Source: Opitutales bacterium
Lineage (GTDB): Bacteria; Verrucomicrobiota; Verrucomicrobiia; Opitutales; PNEW01
Direction of reading: 5' to 3'
Assembly: GCA_965197745.1 (NCBI GenBank)
Contig: CBDANS010000006.1
Coordinates: 96,001 to 160,000 of the forward strand
DNA: 64,000 bases
Shown here: positions 1-10,097 of the stretch, piece by piece
Numbering within the stretch: position 1 is the first letter of the stretch
How the letters are laid out: every line of letters starts with the position of its first letter
The notes under the pieces: generated by a model
Database searches by the model: none
What the model saw: only the letters and a program-made list of their open reading frames with translations
What the model was told of the DNA's origin: nothing
Position numbers and translations under genes: made by a program

Positions 1-245
1 TATTATACTCCTTGTTGCCGCTTTTTTTGCGATTATCGTTTCACGTGTGCGTCGATACAGAGAACTGGACGAAAACGAAGGAGGAACTGGAATATGACAT
101 TAGGGGGGTGGATCATTTTAATTATCTCCGTAGGCACCGTTGTCTCACTCTTTACCTGGTGTATTTACAAAGTGTTTACTATCCCCGGAGAAACCGAACA
201 TATGCATGGTTTCGAACAGGAAACACCGGACGAAAAAGAAGACGA

Positions 246-926
246 CTAATTATCAAAAATCCGGAAAAACGCCACGGCATCGGATAAATCTGTAAGCACG
301 GCCGTCGGATTATGAGCGGCAAGATCCTCGACATTTGTCCACCCTGTTGCCACTCCAATAGTATTTGCCCTCAATGCCTTGCCGCACGCTATATCGTGTG
401 AGGTATCACCGATGACAAATATCTGGTCGGATGGGAATGTGTAACGGCAAATATCATGGGCGCGCTCCAATGCTTTGGGTCCCAAATCATTTCGGTCGTA
501 GCTCTCTTCTCCATAAGCGCCAAACTCAAAATAATGCCAGAGATTAAAGTGCTCCAGTTTTGCTTGCGCGTTTCGTTCAAAATTTCCGGTGAGCAATCCC
601 TGAACCAGATCATCCCGCTGATGCGCAATTTCTAAAACTTCAGGAATCCCCGGGCATACCATCCCTTCGCCCTTCGGTAATTCAACAGGTAGTTGTTGAA
701 AATAGAGTTCACTCAGTCCCTGCAAATTCTCTTTAGTATGCTCCAACTCGTATTTACTGAAAAATTGCCTGAGGATATTAAGATCCGTTCGCCCGCTAAA
801 ATCTATATCGTCAAGAGACGCTTCGATTGAGAATATACTGTTTATAGCGTATTCCAAGGCCCGCCTGCTGGCCCCACCGGATTTTAGCAATGTTCCGTCT
901 ATGTCCCAGAGCAGAAGTTTTTTCAT
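246..926 (-). CDS. HAD-superfamily hydrolase (phosphoglycolate phosphatase-like)
   Basis: Motif I WDIDGTL, motif II LLTGN, motif IV VIGDTSHDI; 226 aa. Confidence 0.9.
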   Translation of the reverse strand: MKKLLLWDIDGTLLKSGGASRRALEYAINSIFSIEASLDDIDFSGRTDLNILRQFFSKYELEHTKENLQGLSELYFQQLPVELPKGEGMVCPGIPEVLEIAHQRDDLVQGLLTGNFERNAQAKLEHFNLWHYFEFGAYGEESYDRNDLGPKALERAHDICRYTFPSDQIFVIGDTSHDIACGKALRANTIGVATGWTNVEDLAAHNPTAVLTDLSDAVAFFRIFDN

Positions 927-930
927 CCTC

Positions 931-2247
931 TTAATTCATCACCTCGACGATGGATCCTTCGACGAAATCTGCGCTGATTTTCTCGAGGCGCACGCGGGCC
1001 AGGCAATTCGTCAAGTCCACCGATGATTCGCTTACTACCCGGATATAATTACCGGTATAGCCCGGCCAGACACCCTGGCGTCGATCTTCGAAAAGGACCT
1101 CCATTGTTCTCCCTAAATACGACTCGTAAAAATCATGCCTTCGTTTCGCGCTTAGCCGACGCAGACTGGCACCCCGACGGTTACGCTCAGGGACAGGAAC
1201 AGTATCAGGTCGCCGCGTTGCCATTGTTCCCTCACGTTCCGAGTAGGGAAAAACGTGGCAATAGGCAAAAGGATTATCGAGGAACACTCGACAGGTTTCC
1301 TCAAACGCTTTCTCTCCTTCTCCTGGAAAACCAACGAGAATGTCAGTCCCCACACAGAGATCGGGAATGCGATTGGCGGCGTTATTAATAAATTTTATGA
1401 AATCCGAAACGGTATACTTACGACGCATCAACTTGAGAATAGAATCGGACCCGGATTGCAGGGGTATGTGTAAATAGGGCAGAAGAGAATGTTCGGGATC
1501 GGCCATACGTTCGAATAGCGCGGTGGGGACAGTCGTCGGTTCAATGCTGCTGATACGAATACGTAAGAGACCACCAATGGCATCGAGGTGATCGACAATC
1601 CTTACGATATCGAAATCCTGATTATCATAGGTGCCGATATTAACCCCGGTGAGGACCAGCTCCCGCACCCCGCGTTCGACCAGGTTGTGGGCTTCCTCCA
1701 TGAGATTGTTGAAGTCTCGGGATCGCGCCCTACCGCGCGCAAATGGAATGATACAGAACGAACACATGAAATCACATCCATCCTGTATTTTAAGATTGGC
1801 TCTTTTCTCGAATGGCTGGTCACCCACAAAACTTATAGAAAAATCATCCCTATCGATGCGGTCTCGGACAATGACCGGTCGTTCGTTTTTTCCATCGCCA
1901 ACGTAATCTAGGACACTCAATTTATCCTGGTTGCCGATGATTAGATCGACACCGGGTATTTCTGCTATGGCTTTGGCGCCCATCTGCGAATAACAACCCA
2001 CCACCGCGGTAAAAGCACGAGGGTTGGCACGAATAAACTGCCGGATTGCCTGTCTGCATTTCGCGTCTGCCTCGCGCGTTACGGTGCAGGTATTAATTAC
2101 GGCAAGGTCAGCAGTATCACCGAAAGACACATAGCGGTAGCCTGCCGCTTCCAGCTTCTCGCGAATGATCTGCGACTCCGACTGGTTAAGGCGGCACCCA
2201 AGAGTATGAACGGTCGCCCGCTTTTGTCTCGCTTTATTAGATACCAT
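931..2247 (-). CDS. mtaB: tRNA t6A37 methylthiotransferase (radical SAM)
   Basis: N-terminal TLGCRLNQSES and INTCTVT (UPF0004 domain), radical SAM motif CDFMCSFC, IRISSIEP, C-terminal GYTGNY typical of MtaB. Confidence 0.88.
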   Translation of the reverse strand: MVSNKARQKRATVHTLGCRLNQSESQIIREKLEAAGYRYVSFGDTADLAVINTCTVTREADAKCRQAIRQFIRANPRAFTAVVGCYSQMGAKAIAEIPGVDLIIGNQDKLSVLDYVGDGKNERPVIVRDRIDRDDFSISFVGDQPFEKRANLKIQDGCDFMCSFCIIPFARGRARSRDFNNLMEEAHNLVERGVRELVLTGVNIGTYDNQDFDIVRIVDHLDAIGGLLRIRISSIEPTTVPTALFERMADPEHSLLPYLHIPLQSGSDSILKLMRRKYTVSDFIKFINNAANRIPDLCVGTDILVGFPGEGEKAFEETCRVFLDNPFAYCHVFPYSEREGTMATRRPDTVPVPERNRRGASLRRLSAKRRHDFYESYLGRTMEVLFEDRRQGVWPGYTGNYIRVVSESSVDLTNCLARVRLEKISADFVEGSIVEVMN

Positions 2248-2399
2248 TTGCTGCCAACAATTATGAGAATATTAAATAGAGGAAAATAAGCTAATTCTCT
2301 ATTTTTGAAAGATAATTTCTGGACACTTTAAATTATTACACTGCTCTTTTCGATAGACTTTCATAATTTATAATAGTAAATGGTCATCATTATATTATT

Positions 2400-3281
2400 A
2401 TGAGCTGGAATTTTGAACAAGTTGCGGGGCCTTTCAGTTTTACGGAAGGACCCGCCTGGGATGGGGAAGCGGTTTTGTTTTCTGAATGCCCGAAAAGTCG
2501 CGTCATGCGTTACTTTCCGGCCAGTGGTGAGTGCACAGAATTTCGCACCGAAACGAACGAAGCCAACGGACTTATGTTTGACAATGACGGGCAGCTTTAT
2601 GCCTGTGAGGGCGACCCGGAAGGTGAGATCCATCGCATGGTGCGCTATAATAAAGATGGGACAACGACGATCGTCGCCGATAATTTTGAAGGGAAAAAAT
2701 TAAACAGTCCCAACGACTTGGCTTTTGATAAAAAGGGGCGGCTATGGTTTACGGATCCCCGTTATGGTGATGTCATTGACAATATGGAACTCGACCACCA
2801 GTCCGTTTACCGTGTTGAACAATCGCCGGACGCCACCTGGAAACTTACACGTGTTACCTATGATACGACAAAGCCCAACGGTCTATTGATTTCACCAGAT
2901 CAAAGGCACCTGTATGTCGCGCAAAGCGAACACGGCGAAGGTAAGGAGAGGGAATTGCGTGATTATCCCATTAATGATGACGGCAGTGTTGATGAGTACA
3001 CTGTGCTTCACGACTTTTATCCGCATCGGGGCATCGATGGCATGTGTCTGGACACCGATGGAAACATTATCGCCACGGCCGGGTTTGAAGAGAGCGGACC
3101 GGGTCCAATGATTTATGTATTTGCTCCTGACGGGCAGGTATTGGAAACGCATCCTGTCCCCAAAGACAATCCCACTAACTGCACTTTTGGAGACGCGGAT
3201 CTGAAGACCCTTTACGTTACCGCCAGCGGCTGCCTCTTTCGCGCCCGGACGGAACGCACCGGGTATCTCATATACCCGTAA
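2400..3281 (+). CDS. SMP-30/gluconolactonase/LRE family protein
   Basis: FTEGPAW, LNSPND, PNGLLISPD, IDGMCLD, PTNCTFG motifs. Confidence 0.92.
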   Translation: MSWNFEQVAGPFSFTEGPAWDGEAVLFSECPKSRVMRYFPASGECTEFRTETNEANGLMFDNDGQLYACEGDPEGEIHRMVRYNKDGTTTIVADNFEGKKLNSPNDLAFDKKGRLWFTDPRYGDVIDNMELDHQSVYRVEQSPDATWKLTRVTYDTTKPNGLLISPDQRHLYVAQSEHGEGKERELRDYPINDDGSVDEYTVLHDFYPHRGIDGMCLDTDGNIIATAGFEESGPGPMIYVFAPDGQVLETHPVPKDNPTNCTFGDADLKTLYVTASGCLFRARTERTGYLIYP

Positions 3282-3292
3282 ATAACCTGCCT

Positions 3293-4162
3293 TTAATGGG
3301 CATAGCGCTCACTGGCATCTCTATGCGCGGTCTTCATTTCCAGTTCGTATAAAAGCGCGAGCAGTTTTTCGCGATCATGTGTGAACTCCGATAATACACT
3401 ACTCTCCTGATCGTAATCCAAGGTCGTCATCTGTAGGTTACAGCGTAGATCATCTGCTTTTTCGTAAACCTGGTTCTGGAATCGCTGCGGATTTAATTTT
3501 CCACAGTTTTCAATCACTCTTTCCAGATTCCCGTAAGCATTGAGCCATTTTGCCGCTGTTTTCGGCCCGACTCCCTGGAGTCCCTGTATATTATCAGAAG
3601 TGTCACCGATAAGGGCAAGATAGTCGGGAATTTGATCGGGCCTTACTCCAAATTTTTTTTTCACGCCCTCGGCATCGAGGCGTCGCCAGCCCAGCTTCGG
3701 ATTCGCGGTGGGAGGAGGAAGCAGTTGTGTGACGCCGTCGGCAACACATTGTGCCAGGTCCTTATCCGCACTGACAATAAACACTTCATCACCATTCTTT
3801 GCCAGATCGCGAGCGTTCACCCCAATAAGGTCATCCGCTTCGACCCCTTTTTTCTCTACTCCACCGCAACCCATTGCCAGGGTTAACGCCTTGATATAGG
3901 GTATCTGCACACTAAGTGATTCCGGACATTCATCCCGGTGGGCCTTGTATTCGGGTTGCAGTGCCTCGCGTCGTTCGTCGCCACCGAGATCGAAAAATAC
4001 CACCATTTGATCAGGTCTTTCATCATCGATAAGTCGCCAGAGGGTACGCATCCATCCGTGAATCGCATTGGTCGGAAAACCATCTGATCGAATCAGATCC
4101 GGCATGCCATAAAATGAGCGAAATGCCAGGTTATAACCGTCAACAAGAAGCCATTTCGCCAT
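3293..4162 (-). CDS. Stand-alone 5'-3' exonuclease/flap endonuclease (Pol I N-terminal-like)
   Basis: LVDGYNLAFRSF, YKAHR, EADDLI, SADKDL, GDTSDNIQG..GVGPKTA (H3TH motif); no polymerase domain. Confidence 0.92.
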   Translation of the reverse strand: MAKWLLVDGYNLAFRSFYGMPDLIRSDGFPTNAIHGWMRTLWRLIDDERPDQMVVFFDLGGDERREALQPEYKAHRDECPESLSVQIPYIKALTLAMGCGGVEKKGVEADDLIGVNARDLAKNGDEVFIVSADKDLAQCVADGVTQLLPPPTANPKLGWRRLDAEGVKKKFGVRPDQIPDYLALIGDTSDNIQGLQGVGPKTAAKWLNAYGNLERVIENCGKLNPQRFQNQVYEKADDLRCNLQMTTLDYDQESSVLSEFTHDREKLLALLYELEMKTAHRDASERYAH

Positions 4163-4271
4163 TTATGTCCTTACCTGAATTTTAAACGGATTAAACGTGA
4201 ATAAAACACTATTAATTTAAAAGTTCATATTTTCTGAATCCAGATGGGGATGGTGTTGCGTCAAATACTAA

Positions 4272-4748
4272 GTGTCAAAAATTAATTGTATTAACCCTCA
4301 ATGCACCACTCAAATGTTAAAATATATAACAGTATTATTATTAGGACTCCTTGTTTTCAATCTATTAACAGGATTCCATAAAACAAGGGAAGAAAGAGCA
4401 AACAGAGCAATCGATGAAATTTCCACCAGGTTGGACCTCACTGAGAATCAAATTAGCCAGTTAACTCTCATCAACGACCAATTCACTAAGGTAAGGAAAG
4501 AATTGGAAAAAGAGCGACAATCATACAGGGAGGAATTTGTTGAGATGTTGGCCTCAGATGAATTTAATGGGGATAAACTCAATGCGCTTATTAAAGATAT
4601 GCAAAGACAAGTAGACGATATTGTGCCTCAGCTTCTCGAATCTGTTGCTGATCTGCATCGTAGCTTAGATCCTGAACAACGGAAAGCGCTTGTTCACGAA
4701 ATAGAAGAGCACGTACTCATACTCCAATCATGGAAAAGACAATCGTAG
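4272..4748 (+). CDS. Spy/CpxP-like periplasmic helical protein
   Basis: Hydrophobic signal-like N-terminus (likely start ATG 4314), LDLTENQ and LDPEQR LTxxQ-like motifs. Confidence 0.7.
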   Translation: MSKINCINPQCTTQMLKYITVLLLGLLVFNLLTGFHKTREERANRAIDEISTRLDLTENQISQLTLINDQFTKVRKELEKERQSYREEFVEMLASDEFNGDKLNALIKDMQRQVDDIVPQLLESVADLHRSLDPEQRKALVHEIEEHVLILQSWKRQS

Positions 4749-4962
4749 TTGCTTTTACCATTAGCTTCACCCCGTTTGATTTTATAATGCCGAGATGATA
4801 GTGAAAAATGGGACCGTTAATAGCCCTTGCTTAAAAGCGCAACGCGTACCCGATTTTTTGTAAAAACTGAATTAATTTGAGTTGATTAATCAGAAGCGAG
4901 CTATCAGGTTTTAATCTGAATCAAGTATAAGTTAACTGAGACAGGCAAAAAGGAGATTACTG

Positions 4963-5463
4963 ATGAACAGGTTTAATCTATTTCATTTTCTAAATACAGC
5001 CCTTATAGCGGCTTTATTAATCACGGGCTTGAACATTAAAAATGTAACATCCGCTGAGGAGGATACATGGCAAGATAAAATTTTTCAAAAACCAAAAAAT
5101 TGGATAGTGAGGGCCAACCTGCCAAGTATGGGTGAAATAAAAGAAGTAGAAGCTGAGATCACTTTATTTAAAGTAGATAGAGTATCCATTCCCCAAAATT
5201 TAACCTTCAGCAAATCGGGTAAAGATAAAATTGACAGTCATTCAATTTCTTTCAGGAAAATACAATATGTTGGAAAAATGTTATTGTCAGTTGAAATTAA
5301 AAAAGTCGACGTCCTCCAGCGAAATAAAAATGTTTCTTTCATCTTACTGAAAAAGAATAAAAAAACCGGCGGATATGATGAAATTCCCGGTGCCAAAGTC
5401 AGTTTTCATGATCCTAAAGAAGGCGATGTTGGCGAAACCGTATTTCAACATAAGAATCAATAA
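4963..5463 (+). CDS. Hypothetical secreted protein
   Basis: SD AGGAG upstream, signal-peptide-like N-terminus, 166 aa; no family recognised. Confidence 0.7.
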   Translation: MNRFNLFHFLNTALIAALLITGLNIKNVTSAEEDTWQDKIFQKPKNWIVRANLPSMGEIKEVEAEITLFKVDRVSIPQNLTFSKSGKDKIDSHSISFRKIQYVGKMLLSVEIKKVDVLQRNKNVSFILLKKNKKTGGYDEIPGAKVSFHDPKEGDVGETVFQHKNQ

Positions 5464-5555
5464 AAGGTAGGGATTCTTTATTGCTTTATATTACTTTATG
5501 GCGCTTCATACGCGTGGAATAATTCACGCAGTCACGCTCATCGACGTTAATAGTC

Positions 5556-6296
5556 TCAGGGTTTTTGGCAGTCTACGATGATTGTTCTTCCTAATAAAAG
5601 ACGCGCGCTGTTCATCTCCATGACAAAGCGCTCGTTCAAATCATCAATGGTCTGATATTTTCTCCTTTCTTTTCGAAAGGCCAGAAAGCCAATAAATTTT
5701 ATGGGCAGCCATAATAATATGAACCCGATCATCGATGTAGTCTGCTTTTTATCAATCGATACATTAATTTTATCAAACCCCATCTCGCTTAGGGCATGAG
5801 CAAGATAAAAATATGAAACCGGGTTAATATGCCCTCTGGTACTATACTTCCTGCTATCGCGCACATGCAAGGGTCCAAATAAATTCCAAAACCCAAAATA
5901 GAAAAATCTTAACCGCGATTTAATATTCAGAATATTGGGTGTAGATAAAACCAGTAAACCTCCGGATTTTAGAACTCTAAAAATCTCTCTTAGCGTTTCA
6001 CGATAATGTTCAAGGTGCTCGATCACCTCCGTGCAGGTAATTAAATCGAAGAAATTATCTTCATAAGGAAGCGCCTGCTTGTTTAAATCTACGATATCAA
6101 CAGACTGCCCGGGTATATGGATTAATTCATCAGTGTAATCACAGGCATGGGATCTAACCGTAAATTCCGCGCAAACTTGAGTGATGAGTTCTCCATGGCC
6201 ACTTCCGATATCGAGATAGTTTCCGCTTAATGCCGGGTTGTACTCTTTAATTTTATTTACCGTTACCTTAAGCGTCTGTTGCAAGCTCAGTCCCAT
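5556..6296 (-). CDS. Class I SAM-dependent methyltransferase
   Basis: LDIGSGHG, LPYEDNFFDLITCTEVIEHL, RVLKSGG motifs. Confidence 0.9.
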   Translation of the reverse strand: MGLSLQQTLKVTVNKIKEYNPALSGNYLDIGSGHGELITQVCAEFTVRSHACDYTDELIHIPGQSVDIVDLNKQALPYEDNFFDLITCTEVIEHLEHYRETLREIFRVLKSGGLLVLSTPNILNIKSRLRFFYFGFWNLFGPLHVRDSRKYSTRGHINPVSYFYLAHALSEMGFDKINVSIDKKQTTSMIGFILLWLPIKFIGFLAFRKERRKYQTIDDLNERFVMEMNSARLLLGRTIIVDCQKP

Positions 6297-6303
6297 CGTT
6301 GTT

Positions 6304-6972
6304 TTATCTTTTATCGGTATAGCCCGAATTTACTCTTAAAAATATATTACTGAAACTCCGCATGACAGCGGTATCCCATTTTTGAGATATTAATTCCACG
6401 GGGGTGTTTTTCTTTTTAAATGCGATGATTACCGTTATCATAACAAAAATTGCGTAGGCAACCGAGTTCTGCCAGGCATGCAGATACCACTGTCCATCCC
6501 ACGTCCAATTCCATGCTTCACTGAAGGGGAGCAGGTAAGGTATCGGCCATTGATATTCGTCAGGGCCTCGACCGCCCAGCACGTCGCATAGCATGTGAAG
6601 ATGAAAAGTAAGTGTGACAAAGAGAAAGCTTATTATTTTCTTATCAGCGAATAGGAGCGTAATAATAAGGAAGACTATGTATGCGCCAAGATTGTGTCCG
6701 ACAATATGGTGAAACTTGCAGAAAATATCGGAGGACGGATCAAAATAATCGATGATATATCCCAGTCCGTCGAGATCGGGGGCCACCCCGCTCATCGTGA
6801 TCAAAAACCGATCGCGCGGAGAAAATTTTCCTGCATTAGCGCATGACCAACTTATCAAGAGATGTGTTCCCGGCGGCACGGTAGACAGGGTAAAATGATC
6901 AGGGGACAATTCACAACTAATTACTTTCAATTTGAAACCGGTCACGGGATATCGCGACACCGGGTGAAACAC
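6304..6972 (-). CDS. Membrane-bound metal-dependent hydrolase (YdjM-like)
   Basis: TH near likely true start (~6880), APDLDG, HHIVGHN, HLHMLCD motifs with TM segments. Confidence 0.8.
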   Translation of the reverse strand: MFHPVSRYPVTGFKLKVISCELSPDHFTLSTVPPGTHLLISWSCANAGKFSPRDRFLITMSGVAPDLDGLGYIIDYFDPSSDIFCKFHHIVGHNLGAYIVFLIITLLFADKKIISFLFVTLTFHLHMLCDVLGGRGPDEYQWPIPYLLPFSEAWNWTWDGQWYLHAWQNSVAYAIFVMITVIIAFKKKNTPVELISQKWDTAVMRSFSNIFLRVNSGYTDKR

Positions 6973-7184
6973 GAAAGAGGAAATCCTCCATACAGTGACC
7001 TGTAACTTTCTGGATGAGATTGAGTGTTATTAAACTATTTCGTAATAATTATGGGTTGGTCTGACTCCTCCTCATTTAGAGGTGACAAGCCTCGGATTTC
7101 TCAGCTTTCTCATAGACGAAATCAGCTAATTCTGATTATACTTAAAAATATTCTGGTACTAAAACCCATTAAAACGGGTAAATC

Positions 7185-8033
7185 ATGCTCACCGATCATC
7201 AACTCACCCACTTCAATACATTCGGTTTCGTTCGCCTTCCGGGACTTTTCAGTCAGGAAGAAATAAAAAATTTTAACGATGAATTTCAGTTAAAGTTAGA
7301 ATCTACACTGCGCTTCACTTCAGACCGGGACGAACCCGCTAAATTCAGCAGCTGGTCTAACCTGGGAGCTGAGACGCCCCATTTATCAAGGTTGGTTGAA
7401 GATCCGAGGCTTTTGAATATTGCCAGGCAATTACTGGGTGAAGATTGTGTCTTAAGGTGCTGCAATTCCGGCAGTTACGTCAATGAAACTCCCTGGCATC
7501 CCGATAGCAGCATGTTTCATGAGCACACCGTTAAGTTTCCCATCTACCTGCAATCCCTCGACGAAACCAACGGGGCTTTACGCCTTATCCCCGGTTCGCA
7601 TAAGAAAGCTTTCCATGATGTAGTAACCCGATTCGGTCCGGGGGGAATTGATAATGATGAAGCGCGTAAAATTGATGAAATGAAAGAGACCCCCGCTCAT
7701 GTCTGTAAAACAGAACCCGGTGATGTCTATGCCTTTGAATGTCATATATGGCACGCTTCATGGGGGGGCGGCATGGACCGTCGGATGATTTCACCCATTT
7801 ATAGCAAGAATCCTAAAACCCCTGAAGAAGAAGAAGCGGTCCGGGAGCAAGTGAAATTAAATTTCGCGGTGCGAGAAGACTTAGCTAAAAATACTTATGC
7901 TGAACGCCAGCCGGAATATCCCCTTGAATGGTTGGCAAATCCTGAAAATAATCCACTGCGTCAACGCTGGATCGACTGGCTTCACAAGTGGAAATACATC
8001 GAATCCTTCCAGGACACACCAGCGAAAAATTAA
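7185..8033 (+). CDS. Phytanoyl-CoA dioxygenase (PhyH)-family Fe/2OG enzyme
   Basis: LTDHQLTHFNTFGFV, WHPD, NGALRLIPGSH, IWHAS. Confidence 0.88.
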   Translation: MLTDHQLTHFNTFGFVRLPGLFSQEEIKNFNDEFQLKLESTLRFTSDRDEPAKFSSWSNLGAETPHLSRLVEDPRLLNIARQLLGEDCVLRCCNSGSYVNETPWHPDSSMFHEHTVKFPIYLQSLDETNGALRLIPGSHKKAFHDVVTRFGPGGIDNDEARKIDEMKETPAHVCKTEPGDVYAFECHIWHASWGGGMDRRMISPIYSKNPKTPEEEEAVREQVKLNFAVREDLAKNTYAERQPEYPLEWLANPENNPLRQRWIDWLHKWKYIESFQDTPAKN

Positions 8034-8108
8034 ATTGCTCTCTCTCATGTTTTCGGTAGCTCATGTTGCCTTTAGTAGGAGCATTATCGGTATTCACCGT
8101 TCCCCGTT

Positions 8109-10004
8109 ATGAAATTAATTTACGCTCTGCTCATTCTCTCTTGTCCTCTCGTTTTCAACCATGCGCAGGAGCCGATCGACATCGGTTCGCGTTTAGAGTT
8201 GTTTGTCGATGATTATATCATCGACACGTTGTCCGGTGAAGCCCGGATAATTTTACACCAGCCCACTCCAAGGGAAGTAGCTATCGTCCACGATGAACCC
8301 TGGGAAGGCAACGCCAGCCATTATCACAGTGTTTTTCAGGATGGCGATCGCTATCGTTTGTACTACCTGGGAAACCAGTATACCACCACCGAAGGAAAGC
8401 TCACCTCACCACACCCGCTAATCTATTGTTACGCCGAAAGTGATGACGGTATTCACTGGCGTAAACCCGATCTGGGCCTCATTGAATTTAACGGGTCAAA
8501 GAAAAACAATATTATGTGGGCTAACAATCAGCCCGACCGTGAAGTGCAACCCGGTACAGCGGTAATTTTATCCATCAACGCAAGCGGCGACGATCTCAAA
8601 TACCAATGGTATATAGGCAAACCTGGTGACACTGCAAACCCCATTGCAGGAGCAACCGGCAGTACTTTGACTACCGGCGCTCTCACTGTGAGTACAAACT
8701 TTTGGGTCATGATAACAACGAAAGCAGGAGTAAGTGTTAACAGTGATACTTCGATTATCACCGTTGCGGCCCCTTCCGATCTTCAGGACCATGAAGCTTT
8801 GGGCGATGGGACCGGAGAAGACAGTCAGCATCTTGACGGAGCCGTATTTGGTCCGATTTTACTCAATATTGTCGATGCAGGACATTCCGCAGTGTTTAAA
8901 GATACAAATCCAGAAGCTCCTTCGGACGCGCGTTACAAAGCGATCCGCGTATCCGGTGATTTCAAAGGATTAATGGCTTTCAAATCAGCTGACGGCATTC
9001 ATTGGACGGCTATGAGTGACAAAAAGATCATTACTAAGAGTGATCTCTCAAAATTTGACAGTCCAGGAGTAGGTACTTTTTTTGATTCGCAAAACCTGGC
9101 CTTTTGGGATTCTACCTATGGATTTTACCGTCTCTACTTTCGCTACTGGCCGGATGGCCGCCGCGACATTATGACGATGACCTCGAAAGACTTTTTGAAC
9201 TGGGTCGATCCGGTTCCTCTCGAATACCCTGGCGCGCGACCCGAGCATCTTTACACCAACCAGATTAAACCTTACTACCGGGCCCCTCATATTCTCATCG
9301 GCTTTCCTACACGCTATATCGACCGCGGGTGGACGGATTCTACACGTGCACTGCCGGAATTTTACAAGCGTCGTCAACGAGCCGGTCCTGTTGTCGATAT
9401 CGCTGAGGATGAGCTTGAACCACGTTTCGGCAGCTCAGTCACCGAATCACTGTTCATGGCCAGCCGGGACGGAAAGACTTTCAAACGATGGAATGAAGCG
9501 TTTCTGCGACCGGGCATCGAGCGAAAGCACAGTTGGGCTTATGGCAATCAGTACATTGCCTGGCATCTGGTTGAAACTAAGTCGAGATTTGAAGACGCCC
9601 CAAACGATTTGTCGCTCTACGCCACTGAAGGTTATTGGACTGGCACCAGCAGTCAGCTCCGCCGCTATACCTTGCGCCTCGATGGATTTGTTTCTGTCAG
9701 TGCCTCACTTAGCGGCGGTGAACTGCTCACCAAGCCTCTTGTATTCGATGGGGAAGAGATGGTCATAAACTTTTCGAGCTCGGCAGCCGGTGGCGTCCAG
9801 GTCGAAATCCAGGAGGTATCAGGCCAGCCGATAGAAGGGTTTACCCTGGCGGATTGTTCCCCTGTATTCGGCGACTCAATCGAGCGCAGGGTAAACTGGT
9901 CGGGTGCTTCCAGTCTTGCCGGGCTGGCAGGGGAACCCGTCCGGCTGCGCTTTGTCTGTAAAGACGCGGACCTCTATTCCTTTCGCTTTCGTTCCACCCC
10001 GTAA
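8109..10004 (+). CDS. Secreted beta-propeller glycoside-hydrolase-like protein with an inserted Ig-like module
   Basis: Signal peptide, RLELFVDD, Asp-box-like repeats (SDDGIHW, SADGIHW, SKDFLNW, SRDGKTF), LRLDGFVS; the segment at ~8523-8864 matches the Ig domain of the downstream array. Confidence 0.78.
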   Translation: MKLIYALLILSCPLVFNHAQEPIDIGSRLELFVDDYIIDTLSGEARIILHQPTPREVAIVHDEPWEGNASHYHSVFQDGDRYRLYYLGNQYTTTEGKLTSPHPLIYCYAESDDGIHWRKPDLGLIEFNGSKKNNIMWANNQPDREVQPGTAVILSINASGDDLKYQWYIGKPGDTANPIAGATGSTLTTGALTVSTNFWVMITTKAGVSVNSDTSIITVAAPSDLQDHEALGDGTGEDSQHLDGAVFGPILLNIVDAGHSAVFKDTNPEAPSDARYKAIRVSGDFKGLMAFKSADGIHWTAMSDKKIITKSDLSKFDSPGVGTFFDSQNLAFWDSTYGFYRLYFRYWPDGRRDIMTMTSKDFLNWVDPVPLEYPGARPEHLYTNQIKPYYRAPHILIGFPTRYIDRGWTDSTRALPEFYKRRQRAGPVVDIAEDELEPRFGSSVTESLFMASRDGKTFKRWNEAFLRPGIERKHSWAYGNQYIAWHLVETKSRFEDAPNDLSLYATEGYWTGTSSQLRRYTLRLDGFVSVSASLSGGELLTKPLVFDGEEMVINFSSSAAGGVQVEIQEVSGQPIEGFTLADCSPVFGDSIERRVNWSGASSLAGLAGEPVRLRFVCKDADLYSFRFRSTP

Positions 10005-10097
10005 TTTAATAAGTATTCAGCTTGTAATAGCATTATCTGATACTTAGAAAACTGGCCGCCATTGTAAGTAAACCATATGACCAATCAAAGGGGTAAA

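Noticed and set aside
12..287. 91-aa ORF at the window start
   Set aside because: No motif, TTG start, and it overlaps the end of the HAD gene on the opposite strand
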